A stretch of 58,553 nucleotides of DNA, filler included, from Platydemus manokwari (taxonomy: Eukaryota): assembly GCA_037951405.1 (NCBI GenBank). It is 4 parts of 4 records of this genome, joined end to end, with 100 filler letters (N's around TTAATTAATTAA, not from the genome) between each part and the next. Parts side by side here need not be neighbours in the genome. Positions count along the whole stretch, not along the records: positions 21,257 to 44,186 come from JBBMOY011155881.1; positions 44,287 to 58,553 come from JBBMOY011494750.1; 2 more parts are not named here. One strand, given 5' to 3'. This document shows, piece after piece, positions 33,277 through 44,410 of this stretch. Under the pieces are notes generated by a model. It did not search any database, was not told the origin of the DNA, and was given only the letters and a program-made list of their open reading frames with translations. The position numbers were made by a program, and so were the translations under genes. Every line of letters starts with the position of its first letter. The stretch's first letter is position 1.

Positions 33277-36200
33277 TTATTTTATATTTCGACACGATTG
33301 GTCATGGTCGTTTACTTCTAATTTTAGACCATCCAATTTAGAAGTTAAAAAATTAATATCAATTGATTGATGGTAGGAATTGGTTTTAAAATTTTTGAAT
33401 TTTCTTGAATCTATTTTCGTGTGATGAAGTTCAAGACTTGCACAAAGAATTGTAGAATTCATCGGTCCACCAAAGGACGATTTAATGGGATTAAAATCGA
33501 TTCGATTGAAATCATTTAATTGGATTTGTTCGGTTGATTTTGTCTTTCCAACGTTCTCATTACCAGTAGATAGTTTAATCCGATTTGTATTTTCGACAGA
33601 GATATTTCCATGGACCAGTGTTCGATCACGATTACAATGATTATTAATAATTGATGAGAAATTGGATAATTTTTCGATTTCAATGTCGGATAATATTTGA
33701 TTTACGATTTTTATTCTTTTATTATGATAATAATAATAATGATTATTATTATTAATGATAATAATATCAAAAAATGTATTTTCATGTTTACGTTTTAAGT
33801 TTTTGTTTATATATATCGATTTGTTAATAAGTTTTTCCCTTCGATTAGACAATGATATCGAATCGGAATTATTTCTGTTTTTCCTACACAGGTTTTTCAT
33901 CGTCTTCATTGAAGTGTCGCACTCATCTGATTTATTGACTATGTAATTCATAGTTATCATATCTTGAGTTTGAGAATGAACGGGAAAATTATGATTTTGA
34001 TTAATACCGATTTGATTGCCTTTGTTTTTTATACATTGTTCTACTTGTCTATTTCTCTCACTAACACTACCCGATTTACCCGTGTATGAATAAATAAAAA
34101 CTTGACATCTATCTTCAATAAATGGTTCTGGATTCTGATTTTTGTTGTTGAGTTTATTAGAATATTCGAATCGTTTGTTTTTCAAAATCATTTGAGGAAT
34201 GTTTAGACTTATTCGATCGATAGACATTGGGAAGTCTAATAAAATCAAACTTATCATATTCTGTATATTTTTTCTTGTTAAATCCAATCGAATTTGTAAA
34301 TTATGTTGTTGAAATAAATTGGAGACATGATCAGAAATACCATTTTTAGAAGCGTTCACAAATTGAGTATTTTTAAATAACGTATTCTGTTGTAAACAAA
34401 TCAACATCTTCTTTATTTGAAAAGGTTTCAGGGTGAAATTGTGAATCGGTAAATTTGAATGTTTTACAGAACGATTTGGTTTTGTTTCTGCCTGAGTAAT
34501 CATAAATGTGATGGATTTATTTATCTTTTTAATAACATTTTCTTCAAAACATTTCTTTTTCAAATCTCTAACAGTCATTGCTTTCGCTTGAATATGATTT
34601 TGTTCTTTATCGATAAGGTGTGTCAGTTCCAGATTGGTAGGTATTAATTGTTGGAGAAATGTAAACAAAGATTCCGATGCTGAGGGAATATCATCGTCAT
34701 TTATGATTATCATCGAATCATGGATCGGGGAAATTCGACGATTTCGACTTGATATCGCCAGAAAATCAATCAATTTATCCTTAACGATTGTCGTCAACAA
34801 CAGATGTATATTATCATTTATTAATCGATAAATATCAATATTAACGTTTTCTAAAACTCTCCTATGGAACGTTGTCAAGTTCCAAGTGCTCTTGCTCGTC
34901 ATTAATTTGTAACTTTTCGTAAATGTTGGAGACACGATTAGGTTGCTAATCGAATCAGAATTAATGAATCCATGTATTAATGAATTGAGTCGAGCAGTTG
35001 AATTGAAATTAATTTTTATATATTTGATGGGAATATTATTAACCAATGATTTGGGATGATTCTTACACTGTAATTCTTTAGGAAATTCTTTATCGTACGA
35101 AGATAGATGTTTCGATAAATAATTCCAAATCTCTTTATTCAATTCGCTACCGATTTCTGTGTTATCATATGACGAAGATTCTAAGAATTCCTTATTAATC
35201 AAATCTGATTCTGAAATAATAATATGATCAACTAAGAATCGATCATTAATAATTATTTTATTAATAAAATCAAATATTCTTCTTTTCGAAATGAAATTCG
35301 AAGAAAGATTTACTTTTGGTTTAATCAAGCTGAATGGAGTTTGATTGGCACTGGGAGTTGTGGTGTGAAGTAACGAGTAGTGTTTCAGTATATCAGTATT
35401 GTCATTCACTCTGGTAGACAGAGCCAAAGTTTTTCCAATATTTTTTCGATATTTTTCATTATGAGCAATAATTTGCTTATCGTTTCGTTTATTAAATGAT
35501 ATTCGACGTTTGTGAGCTTGAGACGATGCAAAATCTCTATCACAAAACATATTCCATATTTCGTTATCTAAATCGTTGTTCAAAATTGTATCGTCTTTTA
35601 TCGGTAGAAGTTTCCATAAATTATTTCCTTTTGATATTTCGGTTGCGGTGATCGAATGATGTGGTATTTCATTATTATTTTCTCGAACTATTTTTGTCAA
35701 GTGTTTGATTCTCACAAATTTATTGATATCATAGTTAATTAAACGATTCAAACGAATTTCATAGCTGATAATATTTCTATTATGTTGTTCATATAATAAT
35801 TTCTTGTAGTTTTCAAAATGGTTTTTACAAATGCTATTTATTGATTTCACTGTGAACATTTTTCTTTTCTTCAAACATTGGATAATACTTTTCAAATTAA
35901 ATAACATGATTTCCATGTTAGAATATTCATTTAATGGTGCTGGAATCATTTTGTGACTCGTCAACACCAACATTGATTCCTGGCTGTGTTTTTTCTCAAC
36001 TTGCTCGACAATTGCATTTGGTTGTGGATTAAAATCACAATTATCCATACGGCTATCAGAGGAACTTATTCCATTTGTTAATAAGATAGGATTTTGTTTT
36101 AATAGATAGAATTTCAGTTCCTCATTTAGTAAAGGCATTCTTTTAATTATGCTATGAGATTTACACGAGGAAAATTCCACTTGTATTTTAGCATTTGTTA

Positions 36201-39200
36201 TCTCCTTTTGTCTCGAATATATTGAAATTGTATCGAATTCTTTTATTTCCAAATAAATTAATAATTCATAACATTGTAATAGAAAACTCTCTGATTGATA
36301 ATTGATTTGTTTATGATTAGACTTTGAAAGAAATGAATGTTTATAATTTGATGGCATTATAAAACTTATAAAACTATCACGGATCTTCTTCTCTACAGTT
36401 TGATGAAACTTTATTTTATTGAAGCTCATTTGAATTTTGATTTTATTATCCGATTTTGTCAAAACATTTATCGCTTTGTCTTTCTCAACAATTGTACTGC
36501 AATGCAATGGATCGATCGAACAATCGTTCGACCAGATCTCAGAAGTCATCATAATGGGACAATTTGAAACTCGAATTCCAATATTTCTTTCGGTCATATC
36601 TTTTGTTATCACAAGTTTTACATTCTCCAATCGTTTGCCGTTTAATTTTTCGACTTTTAAAGAGGCCTCTTTACAATATTTATCGAATAGATAATTAGTA
36701 TTGCGATTCTTGATAAATCTCGATCTGGACTTTTGAGGCTGATCATTAAGTGGGGTATTTATTTTATTAATATTCCCTATATTGGATGTGTTTGTCAAAT
36801 CGTCATCATTTATCGAGTTGACTAACGATGAATAATGAAAATCATCAATTTCACGTAATTGGAGTTTAGTTTTAATCTTTGGATATCGTAAACATCTTAC
36901 AGTTTCGTAATCATGAGTTTTCAATTTATAGTTCTTGTGTAGTGTTCTTGAATGGTCGACCTGGGCTGTGTTATCACTTTCTTTCTTTCTATTGATGATT
37001 TTCGTATTATGAATTTTTCCACTTTTCAAAGGCAACTTGATGATTTCTTTGAATTCCGTTGAACGCAGAGATCGTATTGGTATCAGCTTATTACTAGTCG
37101 GTTGAAAAATAATCGTCGGAAAAATAGGAGAATGATGTAGTGGAGCATTGATGGAAACTTGAATTTTCGAATCAACTGGCTTCACTTTCAGGTTTTCTTT
37201 TAATTTAGGAACTTTTCGTAAAAGTTCTTCCAATAGATCTTTCTTTGTAATTTGGCCAGATTTCTGTGCTTGTTCGCAACGAGATGATTTAGAAGGTAAA
37301 TAGTTTTTCGATGATTTTAATGATCTTCTCGGTGAGTAGTTTCGATTTATTAAATGCTTTTTCGTCTTTTCGACTCGAATAGGTTTGTTTTCAATAATTT
37401 TGATTCTACCAAAGGCCTTGGGTTTCATATTTCGTTCATGTCTAACGAGTGTATTCTTATAGAATTCCTTATATTGTCGTCTAGCTGTCCTGTTATGAAT
37501 GTTTTTCTTGCATATTTTACATGCAATATCGTGTTTCATAGGTTCCATATGCATTTTATGAAATCTAGACATACATTTCTGTTCTTCGATTGCCTCGTTT
37601 TGAAATCGATTCATGAGAAATAACGTCCTTGAAACGCCATACATCTGCTCATTTTTATACTCTATTTCTTCGTCCTCATTTTTGATACATGGATGAAAGC
37701 TGAATTTTCGTCTACGGTTTGCTTTGTCTTTTAATTTTTTATTGTCTTCTATCTTTCGAATCTTCTGAATCCGGTTCTTATATTTTCTTATCTGAAATGT
37801 ACCTCGATAATTAAGCAATTCTTTAAGCTCTCTCTTTTTAAATTTGCATAATAAATCCGGATCTAATAAATCTTGAATGATATGCAATTCTTGTTTGAAA
37901 TAGGTTTTGTTTTCTTCTTCAATCACTCTAATGATTTCATCGGTATCAATTCCTGGATCTGATGAGTACGTACCAAAGAATCTGGAAGAGTGTATTATAC
38001 TGTTAGATCTTATCATAGTCGTAGCAATTGAACCTGAAAGAATAGCGTTTGCTTCCATAAATCTTTCGGATAAAATTCTTGGCCTGATACTCGATCTTAA
38101 AATAGTCGCAGTTTCATAGAATGGCTCTTTGCTATATTTACTAATGGATGATCGATAGACTTTATCCAAATCGAATTCTTCTTTCTCAAATATGCTGTCA
38201 TAGAATACTTCTTCATCCTTTATTTCTTCGAAATTTATCGATTCATCTGATCCACTATGAGTAACAAGACATTTTGTTTTATCACAAAACTTTTCACTGA
38301 ATTCCGAATATTTGGAATCATCATACTCGTCTTCGGTTCTAAATGATGATGGTTTAATGACATCATTATCTTCAGCTGCCTCAGTGCTATTATAAGCCAA
38401 TTTGCTTTTCAAAATTTTTATGAAATTTTCTTCTTTTTCCACTGTAGACTGATTGGTTAATAAGGCTTTTATACTACCTATAGAAAACATTTCCTCATGC
38501 ATGCTTGCGTGAACTCGTCGATTATTATCTATTTGACTATCTGAACGGGTAGTTTCAGTGACATTTTCAAATAAATGATTGACTGGGCGACCATCTTCAT
38601 GGGTTTCTGTTGTTTCACTTTCTTTAGTCAAAATTTTCTTTCGAAAATTTATTTTTCGTTGCAAAGGCTTAGTTACTAGGCTATCCACGAATTCTACCAA
38701 TACCCCTAATAATGTACCAGTTGAAGATTGAGTCGATAATCTTTCATCTTTATCTAATACTTGTCGTTTCTTTAGTAAATGCGATAATTCATGATTTTTT
38801 AAATGGTGATGCACTGCTAAATCAGTGGAAGAAAGAACATTATTGCCGAACGATATAATTTTTCTTACTCCATCTTCAAGTTTACTTGATTTATATGATT
38901 CAGAATAAGTAGTTATTGATTTAGTTTGAGACAAGTACATCTCAACTATTTGATCATAGAAAAACCTTTCCGATTCCTGAAGTTGGTATATAATTTTGAT
39001 ATCATTTTCTTTCAAAGCTTGGTCAACGACTTCCATTATATGACTTATGGTAACCATCCAATCTGATGGCACATGTACCCACATACCATTTGGTAGTAAA
39101 GGACACTTTTTAAAGGTACTGTTTTTTATTCCATAAATGCTTCTTCTTCCTCTCTGGCTTGTAGTAACGTTCAAATATTCTTCCTTGTAATGGGGGTTAT

Positions 39201-39393
39201 CCACGGAGTTAAGGTTAAATTTGCTGACCGAATAAACTGACGATCTCTTATCAGATATTAAGCTTGCTCTAGGTTGAAACAACTGAGATCGTAAAATAAT
39301 TTCCTCATTCAATTGTTCTTTATCGGATTGAACAATTTTTTCAGGTTCAGTCGATTCATTTTCCGACAAACCATTCGATTCTACATTATTCAT
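33277..39393 (-). CDS. Uninterrupted 2038-aa ORF (from first ATG) of unknown function; K/N/S/I-rich
   Basis: 6.1 kb with no stop codon in AT-rich DNA. First ATG at 39393 (the ORF track starts at a TTG at 39426). Possible splice acceptors (tatacag, aatcag) lie just upstream. No TE or enzyme motifs recognised. Confidence 0.85.
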   Translation of the reverse strand: MNNVESNGLSENESTEPEKIVQSDKEQLNEEIILRSQLFQPRASLISDKRSSVYSVSKFNLNSVDNPHYKEEYLNVTTSQRGRRSIYGIKNSTFKKCPLLPNGMWVHVPSDWMVTISHIMEVVDQALKENDIKIIYQLQESERFFYDQIVEMYLSQTKSITTYSESYKSSKLEDGVRKIISFGNNVLSSTDLAVHHHLKNHELSHLLKKRQVLDKDERLSTQSSTGTLLGVLVEFVDSLVTKPLQRKINFRKKILTKESETTETHEDGRPVNHLFENVTETTRSDSQIDNNRRVHASMHEEMFSIGSIKALLTNQSTVEKEENFIKILKSKLAYNSTEAAEDNDVIKPSSFRTEDEYDDSKYSEFSEKFCDKTKCLVTHSGSDESINFEEIKDEEVFYDSIFEKEEFDLDKVYRSSISKYSKEPFYETATILRSSIRPRILSERFMEANAILSGSIATTMIRSNSIIHSSRFFGTYSSDPGIDTDEIIRVIEEENKTYFKQELHIIQDLLDPDLLCKFKKRELKELLNYRGTFQIRKYKNRIQKIRKIEDNKKLKDKANRRRKFSFHPCIKNEDEEIEYKNEQMYGVSRTLFLMNRFQNEAIEEQKCMSRFHKMHMEPMKHDIACKICKKNIHNRTARRQYKEFYKNTLVRHERNMKPKAFGRIKIIENKPIRVEKTKKHLINRNYSPRRSLKSSKNYLPSKSSRCEQAQKSGQITKKDLLEELLRKVPKLKENLKVKPVDSKIQVSINAPLHHSPIFPTIIFQPTSNKLIPIRSLRSTEFKEIIKLPLKSGKIHNTKIINRKKESDNTAQVDHSRTLHKNYKLKTHDYETVRCLRYPKIKTKLQLREIDDFHYSSLVNSINDDDLTNTSNIGNINKINTPLNDQPQKSRSRFIKNRNTNYLFDKYCKEASLKVEKLNGKRLENVKLVITKDMTERNIGIRVSNCPIMMTSEIWSNDCSIDPLHCSTIVEKDKAINVLTKSDNKIKIQMSFNKIKFHQTVEKKIRDSFISFIMPSNYKHSFLSKSNHKQINYQSESFLLQCYELLIYLEIKEFDTISIYSRQKEITNAKIQVEFSSCKSHSIIKRMPLLNEELKFYLLKQNPILLTNGISSSDSRMDNCDFNPQPNAIVEQVEKKHSQESMLVLTSHKMIPAPLNEYSNMEIMLFNLKSIIQCLKKRKMFTVKSINSICKNHFENYKKLLYEQHNRNIISYEIRLNRLINYDINKFVRIKHLTKIVRENNNEIPHHSITATEISKGNNLWKLLPIKDDTILNNDLDNEIWNMFCDRDFASSQAHKRRISFNKRNDKQIIAHNEKYRKNIGKTLALSTRVNDNTDILKHYSLLHTTTPSANQTPFSLIKPKVNLSSNFISKRRIFDFINKIIINDRFLVDHIIISESDLINKEFLESSSYDNTEIGSELNKEIWNYLSKHLSSYDKEFPKELQCKNHPKSLVNNIPIKYIKINFNSTARLNSLIHGFINSDSISNLIVSPTFTKSYKLMTSKSTWNLTTFHRRVLENVNIDIYRLINDNIHLLLTTIVKDKLIDFLAISSRNRRISPIHDSMIIINDDDIPSASESLFTFLQQLIPTNLELTHLIDKEQNHIQAKAMTVRDLKKKCFEENVIKKINKSITFMITQAETKPNRSVKHSNLPIHNFTLKPFQIKKMLICLQQNTLFKNTQFVNASKNGISDHVSNLFQQHNLQIRLDLTRKNIQNMISLILLDFPMSIDRISLNIPQMILKNKRFEYSNKLNNKNQNPEPFIEDRCQVFIYSYTGKSGSVSERNRQVEQCIKNKGNQIGINQNHNFPVHSQTQDMITMNYIVNKSDECDTSMKTMKNLCRKNRNNSDSISLSNRREKLINKSIYINKNLKRKHENTFFDIIIINNNNHYYYYHNKRIKIVNQILSDIEIEKLSNFSSIINNHCNRDRTLVHGNISVENTNRIKLSTGNENVGKTKSTEQIQLNDFNRIDFNPIKSSFGGPMNSTILCASLELHHTKIDSRKFKNFKTNSYHQSIDINFLTSKLDGLKLEVNDHDQSCRNIK

Positions 39394-39984
39394 GACCTGA
39401 TTGATACCTGTATACAGATAATTCAATTTTCAATTTAAATATCTACAGCATCTAGTCTGATAATTTATTGATTGTTAATCTCATATCAATAAATATAAAT
39501 AATCCAAATAGATTAACAAATAAAACCCCCTAGGATCTTGAAATTTATCTAAATGAAAATTATCTTTAATCTTAAATTAGAAAAAGGGTCTTCTGAATTA
39601 ATTTTAGTGCAATTATTTGTCTTGTTTTATTTTACTTCAAAATTTATTTAAAATAATATTTTGATTTATATTTTAAGTTGAAATTCAACTTTAGATGAAA
39701 AAGACCAAAGATAGCGAAATTATATTAGAAAATAAACACAATTTAATCTCGATTCAACGTTTTAAATATCAAATAATAATTTAATTTTTATATTTATCTT
39801 ATAATGTTTACCTCTAGTATTGTCACATCTCGAAATAGACTGGAGAAGATATTAAGAAATTTTATATAACAATAAATTTTAAATATTTAATTTCGTTTTT
39901 GATTTTTTAATTATTTTTTGAAAGTTGATCCATTCAGTGATATTTCACATTTTATGACGTCGAATAGGAACTAGATAGAATTGC

Positions 39985-40085
39985 AAACCAAGTTCCCATT
40001 CTAATAACAACTCTTCTCTCTGCTTTACGAGGTTTTAAATTCAAATTTTTTAAATTATAAATCTAGTTAGTTAATTACAGACATG
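39985..40085 (+). repeat. Short dispersed repeat, copy A
   Basis: aaaccaagttcccattctaat ... aattataaatc.agttagttaattacagacatg recurs inverted at 44319-44410. Confidence 0.7.
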
Positions 40086-43000
40086 CTCAATAATATCATT
40101 GCTTGTTTTTATAAAATAATTGTAAACATTCAGAGTATCTCTAACTTTGCCTCTAATTTAAAAAAAAGTAGTGGTCACTAATTTTCAATAACCTGCAAAC
40201 CAACTTACTTTGATTCGTTTTCAAATTATCCAAGATATTTTTTAATTAATATAATATATTTTGAATCTCTAGTCTATTTAATATTTTATTTCAAACAATT
40301 AAAATTCCTATTAAGTACTTAGAAAAAAAATTCAATGTATTTAAATAATATAATTAAATAAACTATATAGATTTTTGCAACGCACTCAAGAAATTAAAAT
40401 TTTTATTTTAATACATCTTTTTTAACTTGTTAAACTTGATTACATTTAGTAATGGAATATTAAACGTGGTTATTGTAATGGAAATCTATGCGCTCATATT
40501 TGGTTCAAATCAGAAGCAAAAATTTTTTAAAGTTGACAGTCAATAAATTGGAAGTTGTTGCTAATCAGCTAGACATCGTACTAACTAGCAATATTTTATA
40601 AATATTTTGAGCACATTATTTTAATTTCATTATAAGAATATTCTACTTCAACAATATATGTGTTCCCAGTTGTATAATAATCTTTTTTTTTCATTCATTA
40701 GATGATTAGAGCTACCACTGACTATTATAGATTAATAAATATCAATTGAATTAAATTATAAATCAAAAAATTTAATTTAATACTAATAAATTTAACATAT
40801 GGAAAACATATGGAAACCTTGAAAATGTGCTTGAAAAGGGTCGTTAGAGCCAAGGAAAGAATCCTATAAGGGTCTATACAAACAGACACAATAAACACAC
40901 GTGTACACAATCAATCAGATTTGTTATAATTTTTATCTATATTTAGAAGCTAAGAATCGATAGGCACATACCTACAAATATCAGCAAGCTCAAATATCCA
41001 CCAATAGCACTAGAGATGTGATGAAATTTTCAAATAGGTCAATCCAGGAACAAATTCAGCAACTGGAAAACGAAGATTCGTGACAGAAAGCAGACAAGCC
41101 AGTTGGGATTATAAAAGTGGTTGAGTTCCATGAATATCTACCAGTCCTTTTTGGTCAGTAACTCGAGTGTTAAGCTTATCTTTGTGTGATTTTTAGTAAT
41201 CAATCTTCATTATCTTTTTGACTTTCGGGCGCTGATCCAGTTTTGATTTTGAAAAGATTTGAAATTTTGATTGTGATATTTTTATTAACACAATTTTCAT
41301 ATCTAAATTGTTGATTAATATACCAACAAATGTGATAAACATTAGTCAATGAGAGAGCTTTATAATATACTATTTATTGACTTTTCTAATTTCAATGATT
41401 ATATTGGTGCATTTTCTCTACGAGTTTTGTTTATTTAAATTCAGATAATCATTTAAAAAATATAAAATTTAAAAATTTAAAAATCTCAAGATCAACTATG
41501 ATCGACAAATTACAGTTAAAATTAAAATTAAAAAGTCTAATTCCGGATGCCAAGAAAATTCTCACGAAGCTGGTATATTTCACTTTAAAAACAATATCTA
41601 AAGCTTAGATAAAATTCAAATCAAAGACATCAAGAAAGCCAAATATTCAGATTGATATGAAATTCAGCAAAAAACACTGGATCAAAATAAACAATTAAAA
41701 TAAATATCTAACAAATAAATTCTTTTCAATCTCAGTCAAACAGAAGTGAGAAATATCATTAAGATTAAGCTTAGTCTGGTGAAAGTAAGCATGGATTGGG
41801 AATTGGATCAAATAGAGAGTAGCTAAATTACAGAAACACTGACTCACTTCAAAGTTGCGATTATTCTGAAAACCTTAACTTACTTTTGTTCAACACTATG
41901 CACAGGGAAGAGAAAGTTACGTGTTGAATTATTAAATTGAAGTCCTAAAACTGCCAAGAACGCTATGGTTTTTTACATTTATAAACATGGATTTACTCCA
42001 CATACCATATCTTGAAGAAAGTTACTCCCAAATTTCACACGGGAGCAAATTTCATAGATTTCGGAATAATGTAATAACTACTTCAGCCGAACGTTATTCG
42101 AAACAAATTATGATAATTGTTATGGAAATTGTTTTAAATTCCATCATGCTGATTTCATTGAACGTGATCTTCTGTTTGATGATTAATAACCTAGAACCTT
42201 GGATTTATCCAAATTGACCAGGTTCAATAGTTAACGTTGACTTAACGACGGAATCTTTTATGTCATTTATCAACATAAATTATTTTGAAATGAATATGTT
42301 TTAGGATCGAAAATAAGCGCATCCAAAACCATCAAATTCTTCATTATATTTAGTATGAAATTCTACAAAAATATCACAATATTCTCCAAAATTAGAATAT
42401 ACTTCCAAATCTTTACTATCATTAAAACTATTACGTGATATCGAAAAGTAGTTCAGTTGATATTTCCTTCAGAACCTTTTATAATTTTAAGTTTATATTC
42501 ATCCACAAATGAAGTTTGTTGGTACTGTTTAATCGTTAATATTAATAATTTAATAATTAATTTATAAAACTATATTAATTTAATTAATTACGAATATCGA
42601 AAGCTTATGGCAATTCAGAACATGTTTGGTATTGTTGCAACAACTATTGCCTTCGACTACTTTGAATAAAATGAATATTTTATAATCTTATTATTTTGAT
42701 TGAAATATTCCTAAACCGATTGTAAATTAAATTCAACAACTAAATCTCATTTAAAATAATAAATTAATACAAAAAATAACATTACCTTATTTTCTTTTAA
42801 TTGTTTATTAAATTCAAAAATAATTGAAAATACAAGAACTAGAATATTTCTAATTATGGTTTTGTGCACATGATAATGAAATATGACATTTTTTATTTAC
42901 AATGATAATTCATTTTTTTTTAAAATCAGACTGGAGTTTATAGTATTTAAAATGATAATTTTGAATTAAAAGCATAAATTAAAGCAAATATAAAATTTTA

Positions 43001-43247
43001 AAATGTTTATTTCGACCGATATAAAAACTTAAATATTTAAAATTATGTTTTTTAATATTATAAAGTATTTGTTTAAAATAATGAATTTTATATACTCTAG
43101 GTGTAATTAAAATAGCAGATATTCAAATTGACAAAATCAAATTATGACATACTGTGAATTTTGAAATCACTCTAAAATGAAATTCATTGAAATTTCAAAT
43201 ATTTTTCGGACATCAAATTTTCGATCACTGCCTCGAAAAATTTGAAA

Positions 43248-43711
43248 ATGTCATTGAGATATCATTCTGAAAATAGAAACGAAGAACGATTCGAAGTGCG
43301 CATAATCGATAGTAACTCCTGTCAGATTAATGATGAAAATTTGGAAAACGATGACGACAAAGACGAAGAACAATTATTATCGAAACGTAAGTCGGAACTT
43401 GAGAAGAGACGCCAATCGCGTATGATAACTAATGCCGTCAGATTGGATTTACAAAGATCAATTCTCAATCATACCAACAATACCCAAAGCCGACAAACTA
43501 TCATTTACAATTTTCTCGAATTTCCAACTGGTTGGAAATGTTTTCTCTACCATTTTGCTGTGTTAGTTTTCATTTGTCAGTGAGGTTTATTTTGATTTTA
43601 ATTAATTGGAACATTATTAGATTTCTATTGGTTTTGATCTGCTTGATTCTTAGCGTTCTATCCACGATTGGCCACTATAGAGTAGTAGCTCTCGATACAT
43701 TATTTTGGATG
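43248..43711 (+). CDS. KCNQ1: KCNQ1-like voltage-gated potassium channel, exons 1-2 (S1-S2); remainder absent, contig ends at the gap
   Basis: Exon 1 (43248-43561) ends IYNFLEFPTGWKCFLYHFAV. GT-AG intron 43562-43620. Exon 2 (43621-43711) gives FLLVLICLILSVLSTIGHYRVVALDTLFWM. Nearly identical to the KCNQ1 signature [36 protein letters not shown]...TLFWM. Confidence 0.92.
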
Positions 43712-44186
43712 GTAATAATTTTCTCATTTCGTTTCATAAATATCATTTCAATAAAAATTAAAGGGTGTAATTACCCCTGATTAATTTAATGATTGTTGTT
43801 TATTTCCTACATTAATGATCAATCGAGGCATAGTTATGTTAAAGACCTAGTAAAGATAGAGTAGATGTCAAGATATAAAATAGCTAGAATGACACAAATT
43901 CAAAGATATTTACTTAAAGACAGAGTTCACGCTTTTAATTTCTTTTTCAAAGCTTTTTATAACATTGCGATATGAAGATTTAAAACCTTTAATTGTTTAT
44001 TTTTATATTTTTTTGTTCTCCAAAACCATAATTTTACAATGTTGAGATTATTTTCTCCAAATCTAGGCATTCACCAGGGATAAATTGATTTTTAAACCTA
44101 TCAAATTCAAATCAAAAGCCATATTATATGTCTTCTTCTCAGCCAGAACATGAGAAATGATTCAATAAAACATTAAATATTATATA

Positions 44187-44286
44187 NNNNNNNNNNNNNN
44201 NNNNNNNNNNNNNNNNNNNNNNNNNNNNNNTTAATTAATTAANNNNNNNNNNNNNNNNNNNNNNNNNNNNNNNNNNNNNNNNNNNN
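44187..44286. other. Artificial contig spacer
   Basis: 44 N + TTAATTAATTAA + 44 N. Confidence 0.97.
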
Positions 44287-44318
44287 ATTTTATAAAAATA
44301 ACCAATGATATTATTAAA

Positions 44319-44410
44319 CATGTCTGTAATTAACTAACTCGATTTATAATTATAAAATTTAAAAACTCAAATAATCATATAGAAGCTCGATTAGAATGGG
44401 AACTTGGTTT
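44319..44410 (-). repeat. Short dispersed repeat, copy B (inverted relative to 39985-40085)
   Basis: catgtctgtaattaactaact ... attagaatgggaacttggttt is the reverse complement of the ends of copy A. Confidence 0.7.

Noticed and set aside
37955-37990. CTGATGAG as a hammerhead ribozyme core
   Set aside because: No stem II followed by GAAA and no closing stems; it lies antisense within a coding ORF. Other CTGATGA hits examined also failed.
33755-38119. Short plus-strand ORFs inside the giant ORF
   Set aside because: Antisense shadows of 60-90 aa with no recognisable features.
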